DNA from: an uncultured Planctomycetales bacterium | GTDB lineage: Bacteria; Omnitrophota; Gorgyraeia; Zapsychrales; JANLHA01 | Assembly (NCBI GenBank): GCA_964595465.1 | Contig: CAZQQI010000010.1 | Span: forward strand, 1 to 60,265 | Length of the DNA: 60,265 nucleotides | Reading direction: 5' to 3' | In this document: piece after piece, positions 50,266-60,195 of the stretch | How positions within the stretch are numbered: the stretch's first letter is position 1 | Layout of the letters: every line of letters begins with the position of its first letter | Notes under the pieces: generated by a model | What the model saw: only the letters and a program-made list of their open reading frames with translations | Databases searched by the model: none | What the model was told of the DNA's origin: nothing | Position numbers and translations under genes: made by a program

Positions 50266-52671
50266 ATGGACGAGTGGAAATTGGTGTATGATTCATATCA
50301 GCCCGAGCAGGAAGATCTGCGGGAAGCTTTGTGTGTATTGGGTAATGGGTATTTTGCCGCCCGCGGCGCCGGGGAAGAGAGTGAAGACGATGATGTCCAC
50401 TATCCGGGCACTTATTTGGCAGGGGGATACAACCGTCTGACATCCCGCGTCAAAGGTCAGACCATTGAAAATGAAGATTTGGTCAATTTTTCTAACTGGC
50501 TGCCGCTGAATTTCCGCGTCAACGATGGGAAATGGTTTGATCTCTCTGATGTCGAGATCCTGTTTTATCGTCAGGAACTTGATATTCATGAGGGTGTCTT
50601 AAAACGGGACATCCGTTTCCGGGATGCGGAAGGGCAGGAAACCGTTTTGACATCAAGCAGGATCGTTTCTATGCGTGACCCGCACCGCGCGGCTATTCAG
50701 ATGACCATACGGGCGGAAAACTGGAATGGGGACCTTGAAGTCCTCTCCGCGTTAGACGGCCGTATAAAAAATAACGGAGTGGCCCGTTACCGTCAGTTGA
50801 ACAGTCAGCACCTGGAGCCGGTGGAGGCTTGTCCGTTCAGCGAGGAAGGAATTTATCTCAAAGTGAGGACGGTGCAGTCTAATATCTATATGGCCCAAGC
50901 AGCCCGTACCCGTCTATATCTCGACGGAAAAGATCCGGACGGGATGGTGGCAGGGGACTATGTTGAGGAAGGGTACACTGCTAAACGTTTCAAGGTGAAT
51001 GTGCGCAAAGGACAGACCCTGCGCGTGGAAAAAGTGGTTGGGTTGTACACTTCCAGGGACAAGGCGGTCTCAGAGTCCGGTCTGGAAGCCCGCAACAGCG
51101 CAATGCGGGCAGGGTCTTTTGATGATATTTATACAGCGCACAAGCTGGCCTGGGAGCATTTATGGAAACGTTTCGATATCCGTATCTGTGTGCGTGATTC
51201 TCAGCAGGACGTGTCGCGTATTTCCCGCCTGCATATCTTTCATCTTTTGCAGACGACATCGGTCAATTCGCTTGATCTGGATATCGGCGTTCCTCCCCGG
51301 GGCTGGCATGGGGAGGCCTATCGCGGTCATATCCTCTGGGATGAACTTTTTGTCTTCTCCACGCTGAATTTACAGCTGCCGGAGCTGACCCGGGCGCTGC
51401 TGCTTTACCGCTATCGCCGTCTGCCGGCGGCCCGGCGCGCCGCGCGTGATGCCGGATACTGCGGCGCCATGTTTCCCTGGCAGAGCGGCAGTGACGGCCG
51501 GGAAGAAAGTCAGAAGATCCATCTGAATCCGAAATCCGGCCGCTGGATCCCGGATCATACCCGTCTTCAGCGTCATGTGAGCTCGGCTATCGCCTATAAT
51601 GTCTGGCAGCATTATGAGGCCACAGAAGACGCGGAATTTCTCGCCTTCTACGGCGGGGAACTGATCTTGGAGATCGCCCGTTTTTGGGCCGGTATTGCCG
51701 CCTACAACTCTCAGAAAGACCGTTATGAGATCCGCGGCGTTATGGGGCCGGATGAATATCATGACGCCTATCCGGATGCACAGCAGCCGGGCCTGAATAA
51801 TAGTACCTATACAAACATCATGGCTGCCTGGGTCTTTGCCCGGGCTATTCAGGTTCTGGAAGCGGTTCCGCAGGACCGCAAAGAAGAGATGCAGGAAACC
51901 CTTGGTCTGAGTGAAGAAGAAGTACAAGAATGGCAGAGGATCCGCACAAAACTTTTCATCCCCTTTCACGAAGACGGCGTCATCAGTCAGTTCGAGGGAT
52001 ATGAACAGCTGAAGGAGCTCGACTGGGATCGGTACCGTATACAATATGATGATATTCAGCGCCTGGACCGCATTCTGGAGGCTGAAGGGGATTCCCCTAA
52101 TCACTATAAAGCCTCCAAACAGGCGGATGTGCTGATGCTTTTCTATTTGTTTTCTGCCGAAGAATTGCGCGCGGTCTTCCAGGACCTGGGCTATGATCTG
52201 ACCAAAGAAACTATTGAAAAGACCGTGAAATATTATCTTAGGCGGACGTCACACGGATCGACGTTGAGCAGTCTGGTGCACTCCTGGGTTCTGGCCCGCT
52301 CCGACCGCAAGGCCTCTTGGGATTTGTTTTGTACAGCCCTGAAAAGTGACGTCAGCGATGTTCAGGGCGGCACCACCCCTGAAGGGATCCATCTTGGCGC
52401 TATGGCTGGAACGGTTGATCTGCTGCAGCGCTGTTATACCGGTCTGGAATTCCGCGGCAATGTCCTGCGTTTTAATCCGCGCTTGCCTGAAGAGTTGGAC
52501 CATCTGGAGACCGAGATCCGCTACCGGGGACATACCCTTCTGCTAAAAATAACCCGTGACAAGCTGACCGTCCGTTCCAAACGTGCTGCGGTCAAACCGA
52601 TCCGCATCGCGTACTGTGATCAGGAATACACCCTGCACGAAGGACAGCAGGAGGAGATCGAGCTTGGCTGA
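50266..52671 (+). CDS. Glycoside hydrolase family 65 disaccharide phosphorylase (trehalose/kojibiose/maltose phosphorylase-like)
   Basis: N-terminal REALCVLGNGYFAARGA, central WHGEAYRGHILWDE, and GVMGPDEYH, typical of GH65. 801 aa. Confidence 0.8.
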   Translation: MDEWKLVYDSYQPEQEDLREALCVLGNGYFAARGAGEESEDDDVHYPGTYLAGGYNRLTSRVKGQTIENEDLVNFSNWLPLNFRVNDGKWFDLSDVEILFYRQELDIHEGVLKRDIRFRDAEGQETVLTSSRIVSMRDPHRAAIQMTIRAENWNGDLEVLSALDGRIKNNGVARYRQLNSQHLEPVEACPFSEEGIYLKVRTVQSNIYMAQAARTRLYLDGKDPDGMVAGDYVEEGYTAKRFKVNVRKGQTLRVEKVVGLYTSRDKAVSESGLEARNSAMRAGSFDDIYTAHKLAWEHLWKRFDIRICVRDSQQDVSRISRLHIFHLLQTTSVNSLDLDIGVPPRGWHGEAYRGHILWDELFVFSTLNLQLPELTRALLLYRYRRLPAARRAARDAGYCGAMFPWQSGSDGREESQKIHLNPKSGRWIPDHTRLQRHVSSAIAYNVWQHYEATEDAEFLAFYGGELILEIARFWAGIAAYNSQKDRYEIRGVMGPDEYHDAYPDAQQPGLNNSTYTNIMAAWVFARAIQVLEAVPQDRKEEMQETLGLSEEEVQEWQRIRTKLFIPFHEDGVISQFEGYEQLKELDWDRYRIQYDDIQRLDRILEAEGDSPNHYKASKQADVLMLFYLFSAEELRAVFQDLGYDLTKETIEKTVKYYLRRTSHGSTLSSLVHSWVLARSDRKASWDLFCTALKSDVSDVQGGTTPEGIHLGAMAGTVDLLQRCYTGLEFRGNVLRFNPRLPEELDHLETEIRYRGHTLLLKITRDKLTVRSKRAAVKPIRIAYCDQEYTLHEGQQEEIELG

Positions 52672-52808
52672 CGGTTTTGCTCTTGCGGTTGAGTAATCCT
52701 TATAGATCATGAAAATTGTATTGTAAAAAGAAAAATTGAATTTTGATACATCCTGAGTTAAACTTTGGATAATGACCATATCCCTTTACATAAGAAATCC
52801 GATTCTCT

Positions 52809-52835
52809 GCCGTCTGTCTTCAGACGGCTTTTTTT
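52809..52835 (+). terminator. Strong intrinsic terminator
   Basis: Stem gccgtctg/cagacggc, loop tctt, T7 run. Lies 138 nt after the GH65 stop and 28 nt before the kinase ATG. Confidence 0.8.
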
Positions 52836-52862
52836 ATATTTCCAAAACCAGGAGCAGAGAGC

Positions 52863-55553
52863 ATGAACGATCGATACGGTGATATTGAAAAGCTTGCCTT
52901 TTTTCGTGCGGCTTTGGACTGCTCTGTTGACCAGGTATTTTTGATCGATCCTGTGGAAATGAAGTTTGTTGATGTTAATGATACGGCCTGCCGGGATCTG
53001 CAATATTCGCGCGAAGAGCTGTTGGCAATGGGCCCCCAGGATATCAAACCGTTGTATTCCCGCGATCAGCTTGCCGCAGAATTTCAGAAACTCTTTGATC
53101 ATAAAGGTAAATCCGGCATAATTGAAACGGTACACCAGTGTAAAGACGGCAGTGAGATTTCTGTAGAGGTCATTTTGAGTGTTCTGGAACGCGAAGAGCG
53201 CAAGATTATTGTGGCTATGGCCAGGGATGTGCGGCAGCGCAAAAATGCTGAACGCGAGATCCTTGATAAAAAAACACAGATGGATAACATTCTTGAAGGC
53301 ATGCTAAATGCTCTGGCGATTTTCGACCCGATATTCGACGAGCATGGCGCCTTTGTCAGTTACCGTTTTGTATATATCAATAAAGCCTACGAACATATCA
53401 CTGGGGTCAAAAAAGAAGAGGTTAAAGGCAAATCCGTTCATGAGGTCTGGCCCGGGACAGAACCGGAATGGGTTCAGCGCTATAGTGAGGTATCTTTGAC
53501 CGGTGTGAGCCGGAGTTTTGCTCTCTATCATGGACCTACGGATAAGATCTATCACTGTAATGTTTTCCGCCCGGACCAAAAATCCTGCCGTTTTTGTGTC
53601 GTCTTTGATGATGTGACGAAACGGAAAAAAGATGAGCAAGAGCTCCGATCCATGAACGCTTTTCTGGATGCGGTGGTTGAGATGAGTCCGTTTGCCCTGT
53701 GGATTTCCGATGCCGAAGGAGAGGTGGGCAGGGTGAATCAGGCCTTGTGCCGCACCTTGAATCTGGACCCGGGGCAGATTATCGGAAAATATAATATTTT
53801 TGAAGACCAAAATCTGCAAGAGCAGGGGGTCATGCCTGCCGTGAACGCTGTCTTTGAATCTCATGAATCCGCCCGGTTCCGGATGCGCTGGCTGCCTTCT
53901 AAGGCCGGTCAGGTGGACTTCAGCGGCGGCCGGGTTCGGGATATCGATGTCTCTCTGTTTCCCATTCTGGATGAGGTCGGGCAGCTTAAAAATGTGGTCT
54001 GTCAGTTCGCAGATATTACCGAATTGAAAGTTTTTCAGCAGAAATTGGAAGAAAGCCGGGAGCGCCTTCAGCTGGCGCTGGTAGCATCACAGCAAGGACA
54101 TTGGGATTGGGACCTGATGAAAAACAGCGCTGTTTTTTCTAACGAGGTGCTTGATATGTTGGGCTATGTTCGTTCCGATATCGAAGATTCTCCGATCGAT
54201 TTCTGGAAGTCTCTTATACATCCCCAGGACCGCAAAGGCGTTTTCGAGGAACTGGAAGACTGTTTCCGCGCTGATAATCCGTATTTTTCTTATGAGTACC
54301 GTTTGCGGTGTAAGGACGGCCGGTATAAATGGGTTCTGGCCGCGGGCAAGCTGGTGGAAAAAGGGGAGGACGGGCATCCGCGCCGGATGGTCGGTGTATT
54401 TCAGGATATTGATGAGCGTAAAGCGGTGGAGGAAAAATTGCAGGAAGCCAGCCGTATTATCGGCATGACTTCTTCTGTTATTTTCCGCTGGGAGCCGTCC
54501 GGCCGCTGGCCGGTCTCTTTTGTCACAGAGAATGTTGTTTTCTTGCTGGGGTTCAGTTCTCAGGAATTTCTCGAACATAAGATGTGTTATGTTGACGTGA
54601 TCTATCCCGACGACCTAGAGAAGGTGACGACGGAATACCAGGCCTGCGTGCAGGATCCGGGATGCAGGGAGTTTATTCATGAGCCGTACCGTGTCATTAC
54701 CCGTGAAGGGGATATTAAGTGGGTCGAAGACCGGGTGGTGATCGACCGGGATGCTGATGGGGAAATTGCCGGCCTATTAGGTGTGGTCGTGGATATTACC
54801 GAACGTGTTGAGGCAGAGCAAAAGCTGCGCCAGATGCAGAAGCAGCTGTTTCAGTCTGAAAAAATGGCTGCTGTGGGGCATTTGTCCGCCGGTGTCGCTC
54901 ACGAAGTTAAAAATCCTCTGGCGATCATTCAGTTGGGAATGGACAGCCTGAGCCGGCATATTCCGGAAATGGATGAAAAGCACGGCCGCTATGTCGAGAT
55001 GATCCGCAGCGCGACGAACCGCGCGAACCGTGTCATTATGGACTTGATGAATTTTTCCCGTTATTCGGATATGGAGTTTAAAGATATCAGTGTTGCGGAT
55101 GTTGTCCGGTCGACTGTGGGCCTCATCGAGAATATGGCGCGGATCCGGGACGTATCTTTAACATGTGATATCGAATGTCCAAAAGAAACCCTGATCCCCG
55201 GGGATGAGCAGCTGCTTGAGCAGGCTCTGCTCAATCTTTTGCACAATGCCATTGACGCGACCAGCAGTAAGAAAGGATCGGTCGTGATAAAACTTTTTTG
55301 TTTAGAAAAAAAGGAGAGCGCCGGCCGGGCGGTTATTGAGATCGCGGATGCCGGCGACGGCATTCCGGAACATCTGCAAGATAAGATTTTTAATCCGTTT
55401 TTTACCACAAAAGAGCAGGGCGAAGGAACCGGTCTGGGGCTCAGTATTGTACACACCATTATAGAAGGACATAAAGGAGACATTCAGGTGGCCAGCCGGG
55501 AAGGTGGGGGGACGACCTTTACGATCACGCTTCCGCTCTGCGGGCAGAAGTAA
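52863..55553 (+). CDS. Multi-PAS sensor histidine kinase
   Basis: Several PAS/PAC-like modules. H-box SAGVAHEVKNPL, N-box LLHNAIDA, G1 DAGDGI, G2 GTGLGLSIV. Confidence 0.9.
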   Translation: MNDRYGDIEKLAFFRAALDCSVDQVFLIDPVEMKFVDVNDTACRDLQYSREELLAMGPQDIKPLYSRDQLAAEFQKLFDHKGKSGIIETVHQCKDGSEISVEVILSVLEREERKIIVAMARDVRQRKNAEREILDKKTQMDNILEGMLNALAIFDPIFDEHGAFVSYRFVYINKAYEHITGVKKEEVKGKSVHEVWPGTEPEWVQRYSEVSLTGVSRSFALYHGPTDKIYHCNVFRPDQKSCRFCVVFDDVTKRKKDEQELRSMNAFLDAVVEMSPFALWISDAEGEVGRVNQALCRTLNLDPGQIIGKYNIFEDQNLQEQGVMPAVNAVFESHESARFRMRWLPSKAGQVDFSGGRVRDIDVSLFPILDEVGQLKNVVCQFADITELKVFQQKLEESRERLQLALVASQQGHWDWDLMKNSAVFSNEVLDMLGYVRSDIEDSPIDFWKSLIHPQDRKGVFEELEDCFRADNPYFSYEYRLRCKDGRYKWVLAAGKLVEKGEDGHPRRMVGVFQDIDERKAVEEKLQEASRIIGMTSSVIFRWEPSGRWPVSFVTENVVFLLGFSSQEFLEHKMCYVDVIYPDDLEKVTTEYQACVQDPGCREFIHEPYRVITREGDIKWVEDRVVIDRDADGEIAGLLGVVVDITERVEAEQKLRQMQKQLFQSEKMAAVGHLSAGVAHEVKNPLAIIQLGMDSLSRHIPEMDEKHGRYVEMIRSATNRANRVIMDLMNFSRYSDMEFKDISVADVVRSTVGLIENMARIRDVSLTCDIECPKETLIPGDEQLLEQALLNLLHNAIDATSSKKGSVVIKLFCLEKKESAGRAVIEIADAGDGIPEHLQDKIFNPFFTTKEQGEGTGLGLSIVHTIIEGHKGDIQVASREGGGTTFTITLPLCGQK

Positions 55554-55567
55554 TGGAAGGAGCTGTT

Positions 55568-56038
55568 ATGAGTGCAAAAAAAGTTTTGGTTGTCGACGAC
55601 GAACAGGATCTGACGGCCTTGATCCGTATGATCCTGGAAGAAGAAGGCTATGAGGTCTATGTGGCCAATAACGGGCAGGAGGCCATGGATCAGGCGGCTG
55701 ATCTTCAGCCGGAGATCATCTTGTTGGATTATGTCATGCCCGGGATCAAGGGAGATGAGGTTTTGGATTTTGTGAATAAAAATCCCCATCGAGAAGATAT
55801 GACGATCATTCTAATGAGCGGTCTGGGAGAGATCGTCTATTTTAAAAAGAAAGATGCCTGGAAATGGATGGCCAATACCAAGGTCGTCCAGCAGCGCGGA
55901 GAACTGCCGGATTCTCTGAAATGGAAAAAGAGTCCGGAAGATGTTGCTGATGAATTCGGCGTACGCGCGTTCTTGCCTAAGCCGTTTGCCCGGGAAGAAC
56001 TGCTGGATGTGCTGGAGGCGGTTGTCCCGGCCAAATAA
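55568..56038 (+). CDS. Single-domain response regulator (receiver only, extended C-terminus)
   Basis: AAGGAG RBS 5 nt before ATG 55568. KVLVVDDEQD acidic pocket, with a phospho-acceptor-like Asp in ILLDYVMPG. Confidence 0.8.
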   Translation: MSAKKVLVVDDEQDLTALIRMILEEEGYEVYVANNGQEAMDQAADLQPEIILLDYVMPGIKGDEVLDFVNKNPHREDMTIILMSGLGEIVYFKKKDAWKWMANTKVVQQRGELPDSLKWKKSPEDVADEFGVRAFLPKPFAREELLDVLEAVVPAK

Positions 56039-56088
56039 CAACACTGAGAGCACTCGTTATGAAGGGTTTTTTGTTTTGTTATGATCCC

Positions 56089-56115
56089 GGGGAAGGAGTT
56101 CTGTAGCCCTTCCCC
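56089..56115. terminator. Hairpin between convergent genes
   Basis: 8-bp stem ggggaagg/ccttcccc with an 11-nt loop. Confidence 0.4.
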
Positions 56116-56125
56116 CTGAATCGTC

Positions 56126-56407
56126 TCATTTTCGTTCATAGGTGGAACACATCGGCTGCTCTGACTGCATGCCCACAGCGATATTCTGGGCGGAACATTC
56201 CAGATTCTGATTAAATTGACAATCCGCGGATTTGCAGGCTCCGACACCTCCGGTTTCGGAAATTCCGCCTTTCGGATGAGACGTGTCCGATGTATCGCAT
56301 AGGGGATTCCCGTCATTTCCGACCGTAATGGCCATGGCATGACATTCCTGGTCCCGGTTGTACGCACATTTTTCAGCATTGCAGCTTGTGATCTTGGGCA
56401 TATCCAT
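56126..56407 (-). CDS. DUF1540-domain protein (two repeats)
   Basis: Two copies of C-x4-C-x-(Y/F)N-x4-C-x-A-x2-I-x-VG (CNAEKCAYNRDQECHAMAITVG and CKSADCQFNQNLECSAQNIAVG). Confidence 0.8.
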   Translation of the reverse strand: MDMPKITSCNAEKCAYNRDQECHAMAITVGNDGNPLCDTSDTSHPKGGISETGGVGACKSADCQFNQNLECSAQNIAVGMQSEQPMCSTYERK

Positions 56408-56784
56408 TTCCTCCTCCTTTTTGCTTCATGATTCCATTTTTCAAAAATTCATCCAGAAATTATTATACTAAGGGCTATTGGATAAAAGCTGACAGGAGTT
56501 CTCTTTTTACGGACATTTCTCCACATTTTTCGTAAGGAATCGCGGGTTCGCTTGACATATAGATGAAACCTTGTACATTATACTAAGATTATGACATATA
56601 TTATTCTGCATTTTTCCCCGATAAACAGTCTTTTCAGTTTAATACCGAAGGCTAAATAGCACTCGTTACACATCTTGACGCGTTTTTTCAAAGCGTTGGG
56701 CCAGCTTTACTACCGTACTTCAAATATGCACAGGGAGTATGATGCAATGTGTCCGCCCTTGCAATGACTTAGGAAAGGATAGAT

Positions 56785-58101
56785 ATGCCGCAAAAACAAA
56801 ATCAAAAGCGTATTGCCCGTTTGATGAAGGGCAAGCTCAAAAAAAATTCCGATTGGTATGACTGGCGCTGGCAGATCGCTCATCGTATCCGTGACCTGGA
56901 AACGGCCGAAGAGCTGCTGGGCTTCAAGCTGAGCGGAGAGCGGCGCGACCAAATCGAAAAGACACTGGGGAAGTTTCCCTTGTCGATCACGCCGTATTAT
57001 TTGTCTTTGATCGATGTCGAAAATATCGATTATGACCCCATCTTTATGCAGTCATTTCCGTCGGTCCATGAACTGGACACCTGCCATAGTGAGATGTCCG
57101 ATCCTCTTCATGAGGATCATGATTCTCCGGTTGAAGGGATTACACACCGTTACCCCGACAGGGTTCTTTTCCTGGTCAGCAATACCTGTTCTATGTATTG
57201 CCGGCACTGTACGCGGAAACGCAAGGTCGGCGACCGGGACTACATTCCCACCAAGACCAAGATCAAAAAAGCACTGTCCTATATCCGCAAGACCAAGACC
57301 GTCCGTGATGTCCTGTTATCCGGCGGAGATCCCTTGATGCTTTCTGATGAGTATCTGGAATGGATCCTCTCCGAACTGCGCAAGATCCCTCATGTGGAGA
57401 TCATCCGTATCGGATCACGCATGCCGGTGGTCCTGCCGTACCGCATTACCGATAAGCTCTGCAACATGCTGAAGAAATATCATCCGGTTTGGATCAACAC
57501 ACATTTTAATCATCCGCGGGAATTGACCCAGTCGTCCCGCGAGGCACTGGCCCGTTTGGCTGACGCCGGGGTTCCGCTGGGGAATCAGTCGGTTCTGTTG
57601 GCCGGGGTAAACGACTGTTCGCGGATCATGAAGGTCCTGGTTCAGCGTCTGCTGGCCAACCGGGTTAGGCCGTATTATCTCTATCAGTGTGATCTTTCAG
57701 AAGGATTGACCCATTTTCGGACCCCTGTCGGAAAAGGGATCGAGATCATGGAAAATCTGATCGGCCATACCACCGGGATGGGTGTTCCGACTTATGTGAT
57801 CGACGCGCCGGGCGGAGGAGGGAAGATCCCGGTCATGCCGAATTATCTGATCTCCTGGTCGACCAATAAGGTCGTCCTGCGGAATTATGAAGGTGTGATC
57901 ACCACATATAAAGAACCCGACGCCTATGAACCGATCTTCTGCGACCGCAAGTGTGATGATTGCCATCTTGATCTGAATCTGGAAGGCGCTCCGGAAGACA
58001 AGGCCGTGGGCATCCGCAAGCTGATCGCGGATCATGATAAGACGATCTGTCTGACACCGCAGAATACCGAGCGGATAAGCCGGAACAAGAAAAAGAGTTA
58101 G
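56785..58101 (+). CDS. ablA: Lysine 2,3-aminomutase (radical SAM, KamA/AblA)
   Basis: [12 protein letters not shown] cluster motif and the conserved LLSGGDPL and PYYLYQCD segments. Confidence 0.9.
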   Translation: MPQKQNQKRIARLMKGKLKKNSDWYDWRWQIAHRIRDLETAEELLGFKLSGERRDQIEKTLGKFPLSITPYYLSLIDVENIDYDPIFMQSFPSVHELDTCHSEMSDPLHEDHDSPVEGITHRYPDRVLFLVSNTCSMYCRHCTRKRKVGDRDYIPTKTKIKKALSYIRKTKTVRDVLLSGGDPLMLSDEYLEWILSELRKIPHVEIIRIGSRMPVVLPYRITDKLCNMLKKYHPVWINTHFNHPRELTQSSREALARLADAGVPLGNQSVLLAGVNDCSRIMKVLVQRLLANRVRPYYLYQCDLSEGLTHFRTPVGKGIEIMENLIGHTTGMGVPTYVIDAPGGGGKIPVMPNYLISWSTNKVVLRNYEGVITTYKEPDAYEPIFCDRKCDDCHLDLNLEGAPEDKAVGIRKLIADHDKTICLTPQNTERISRNKKKS

Positions 58102-58115
58102 CAGAGGGGAAAATT

Positions 58116-58955
58116 ATGGCGGCTGATGTGATCACGGAATTTGGAAAATCTATTATCCAGCACGGCAAACTCAGTGACCGTATTTATTTGATGAAACTGC
58201 ACCCTGATGATGTGCCGGATATTATTCCCAAGATGGAAGAACTGGCCGAAAAAGAGAATTATAGTAAGATCTTCTGTAAGGTTCCGGCCGATCATCAGGA
58301 TGCGTTTCAAAAAGCCGGATACTGTCAGGAGGCTATGATCCCTAAATTTTTTAAAGGGGAGATGGATTGCTGTTTTTTATCGCGTTTTTATCATGGCCGT
58401 GATCAAGCGGACGATCCTGAGCAGATCAAACAGATCGTAAAACTTGCTCAGGAAAAAGGGCAGAAAATTTCGTCCGGGCGTGAACGGGATTACACCATTC
58501 GTCAGGCGGAAGCTGCAGATGCCGAATGCTTATGCCCGGTCTTCGCCGAGGTCTTTGAATCCTATCCGTTTCCCATTTTCGACCCTGAATATATACGTAA
58601 AACCATGCGGACCCATGTGGATTATTATCTGGCCTGCCGGGAAGAAGACATTCTCGCGGTTTCCTCAGCGGAAATGGACCATGATATGCAGAACGTGGAA
58701 ATGACCGATTTCGCCACCCCGCCCGCCCACAGGGGGCAGGGGACCGCATTGGCGCTTTTGCAGCGCATGGAAGAGGATATGGCAGAGAAGGGCATGAAGG
58801 TGTTCTATACGATTGCCCGGGCCGCGTCGCCGGGAATGAATATTACCTTTGCCAAAAACGGCTATACGTTCGGTGGGACACTGATCAATAATACCAATAT
58901 CGCCGGACGTATTGAGAGCATGAATATCTGGTATAAGTTGGCAACTAGCATTTAG
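58116..58955 (+). CDS. ablB: Beta-lysine N6-acetyltransferase-like GNAT (AblB)
   Basis: GNAT acetyl-CoA motif (HRGQGTALALLQRME) in a 279-aa protein. Lies 14 nt downstream of the aminomutase gene, the canonical ablAB arrangement. Confidence 0.7.
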   Translation: MAADVITEFGKSIIQHGKLSDRIYLMKLHPDDVPDIIPKMEELAEKENYSKIFCKVPADHQDAFQKAGYCQEAMIPKFFKGEMDCCFLSRFYHGRDQADDPEQIKQIVKLAQEKGQKISSGRERDYTIRQAEAADAECLCPVFAEVFESYPFPIFDPEYIRKTMRTHVDYYLACREEDILAVSSAEMDHDMQNVEMTDFATPPAHRGQGTALALLQRMEEDMAEKGMKVFYTIARAASPGMNITFAKNGYTFGGTLINNTNIAGRIESMNIWYKLATSI

Positions 58956-59029
58956 CATTCAGCACCTAGCACTCAGCATCCAGCGTTTGGTATTCAGGAT
59001 CTGCAGTTAGCATTCGGCAACCGGCAGGA
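58947..59029. repeat. Degenerate heptanucleotide tandem array (about 12 units, AGCAYYN-like)
   Basis: Units: agcattt agcattc agcacct agcactc agcatcc agcgttt ggtattc aggatct gcagtt agcattc ggcaacc ggcagga. The array begins in the last three codons of ablB. Confidence 0.8.
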
Positions 59030-59092
59030 TAAGCCGTGTTTGTGGCAAGCTGCCAGGTGCAAATTGCTGGCTGCTATTATGCGAGGGTGACG

Positions 59093-60106
59093 ATGCAGAA
59101 AGAAGCCCTGTTATATAAAACGTTCGATGACGGACACGTGCATTGCGGCCTCTGCGCGCACCGCTGCCGCATAGCCCTGGATCAGTTCGGAATATGCGGT
59201 GTTCGTCAAAATATCGGCGGGACGCTCTACACCTATGCCTACGGCCGGACGATCGCGGCGCATGTCGATCCCATCGAGAAAAAACCCCTTTACCATGTCT
59301 ACCCGGGAACGCAGGCCTTTTCCGTGGCCACGATCGGCTGCAATTTTCAATGCGGGTTTTGTCAGAATTGGCAGATCTCACAGCTTAATGTCCGTGACGG
59401 AGGTGTGAATTTGCCCGGGGAAGATCTTCTGCCCGCTGATATTGTGGCGCAGGCCCAACGGCGGGGATGCCGGAGTATTGCCTATACGTATACGGAACCC
59501 ACCATTTTCTTTGAGTATGCTTACGAGACCGCGCGGCTGGCCCGTGAACAGGGGATCGCCAATGTGTTTGTGTCCAACGGATATATGACCCCTGAAGCCG
59601 GAGAAATGATCGTCCCCTTTCTTAATGCCGCCAATATTGACCTTAAGAGTTTCCGGGATGAGTATTACCGCAAACATTGCAAGGCCGGTTTGGAGCCTGT
59701 GCTGGACACGATCCGATTATTAAAATCCCGCGGGGTGTGGGTGGAGGTGACGACTCTGATCATTCCCGGAGAGAACGATTCCGAAGAAGAGTTGCGCGAT
59801 ATCGCGGGGTTTATCGCGGACACGGGGCTGGAAACCCCCTGGCATATTTCCCGTTTTCATCCGGACTATGAATTCATGGACCATGAGCCCACCGCCCCGG
59901 AAGTTCTGAAACGGGCCGGAGAGATCGGACGGGAAGCCGGCCTGCGTTATATTTATCTGGGCAATCTCGCCGGGGTGCAGAATACATCCTGTCCGCAATG
60001 CGGAAACGTACTGATCGGGAGGTCATATTATCAGGCCGATCACGTTGCTGTCCGTGACGGGCATTGCGCTTCCTGCGGAACTCCTGCCGACGGCCTGTTC
60101 GCCTGA
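59093..60106 (+). CDS. AmmeMemoRadiSam-system radical SAM enzyme
   Basis: N-terminal auxiliary Cys motif (HCGLCAHRC...GICGVR), radical SAM CNFQCGFCQNW, C-terminal CPQCG...CASCG. GAGGGTGA RBS before ATG 59093. Confidence 0.8.
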   Translation: MQKEALLYKTFDDGHVHCGLCAHRCRIALDQFGICGVRQNIGGTLYTYAYGRTIAAHVDPIEKKPLYHVYPGTQAFSVATIGCNFQCGFCQNWQISQLNVRDGGVNLPGEDLLPADIVAQAQRRGCRSIAYTYTEPTIFFEYAYETARLAREQGIANVFVSNGYMTPEAGEMIVPFLNAANIDLKSFRDEYYRKHCKAGLEPVLDTIRLLKSRGVWVEVTTLIIPGENDSEEELRDIAGFIADTGLETPWHISRFHPDYEFMDHEPTAPEVLKRAGEIGREAGLRYIYLGNLAGVQNTSCPQCGNVLIGRSYYQADHVAVRDGHCASCGTPADGLFA

Positions 60107-60195
60107 ACACTCCATTGAACACTCCATCCCGCCAAGATTCCGGCATCACATTTTGACAGCGGGGAGGGTTTGGGATATTATGAAATCTATTAAGC

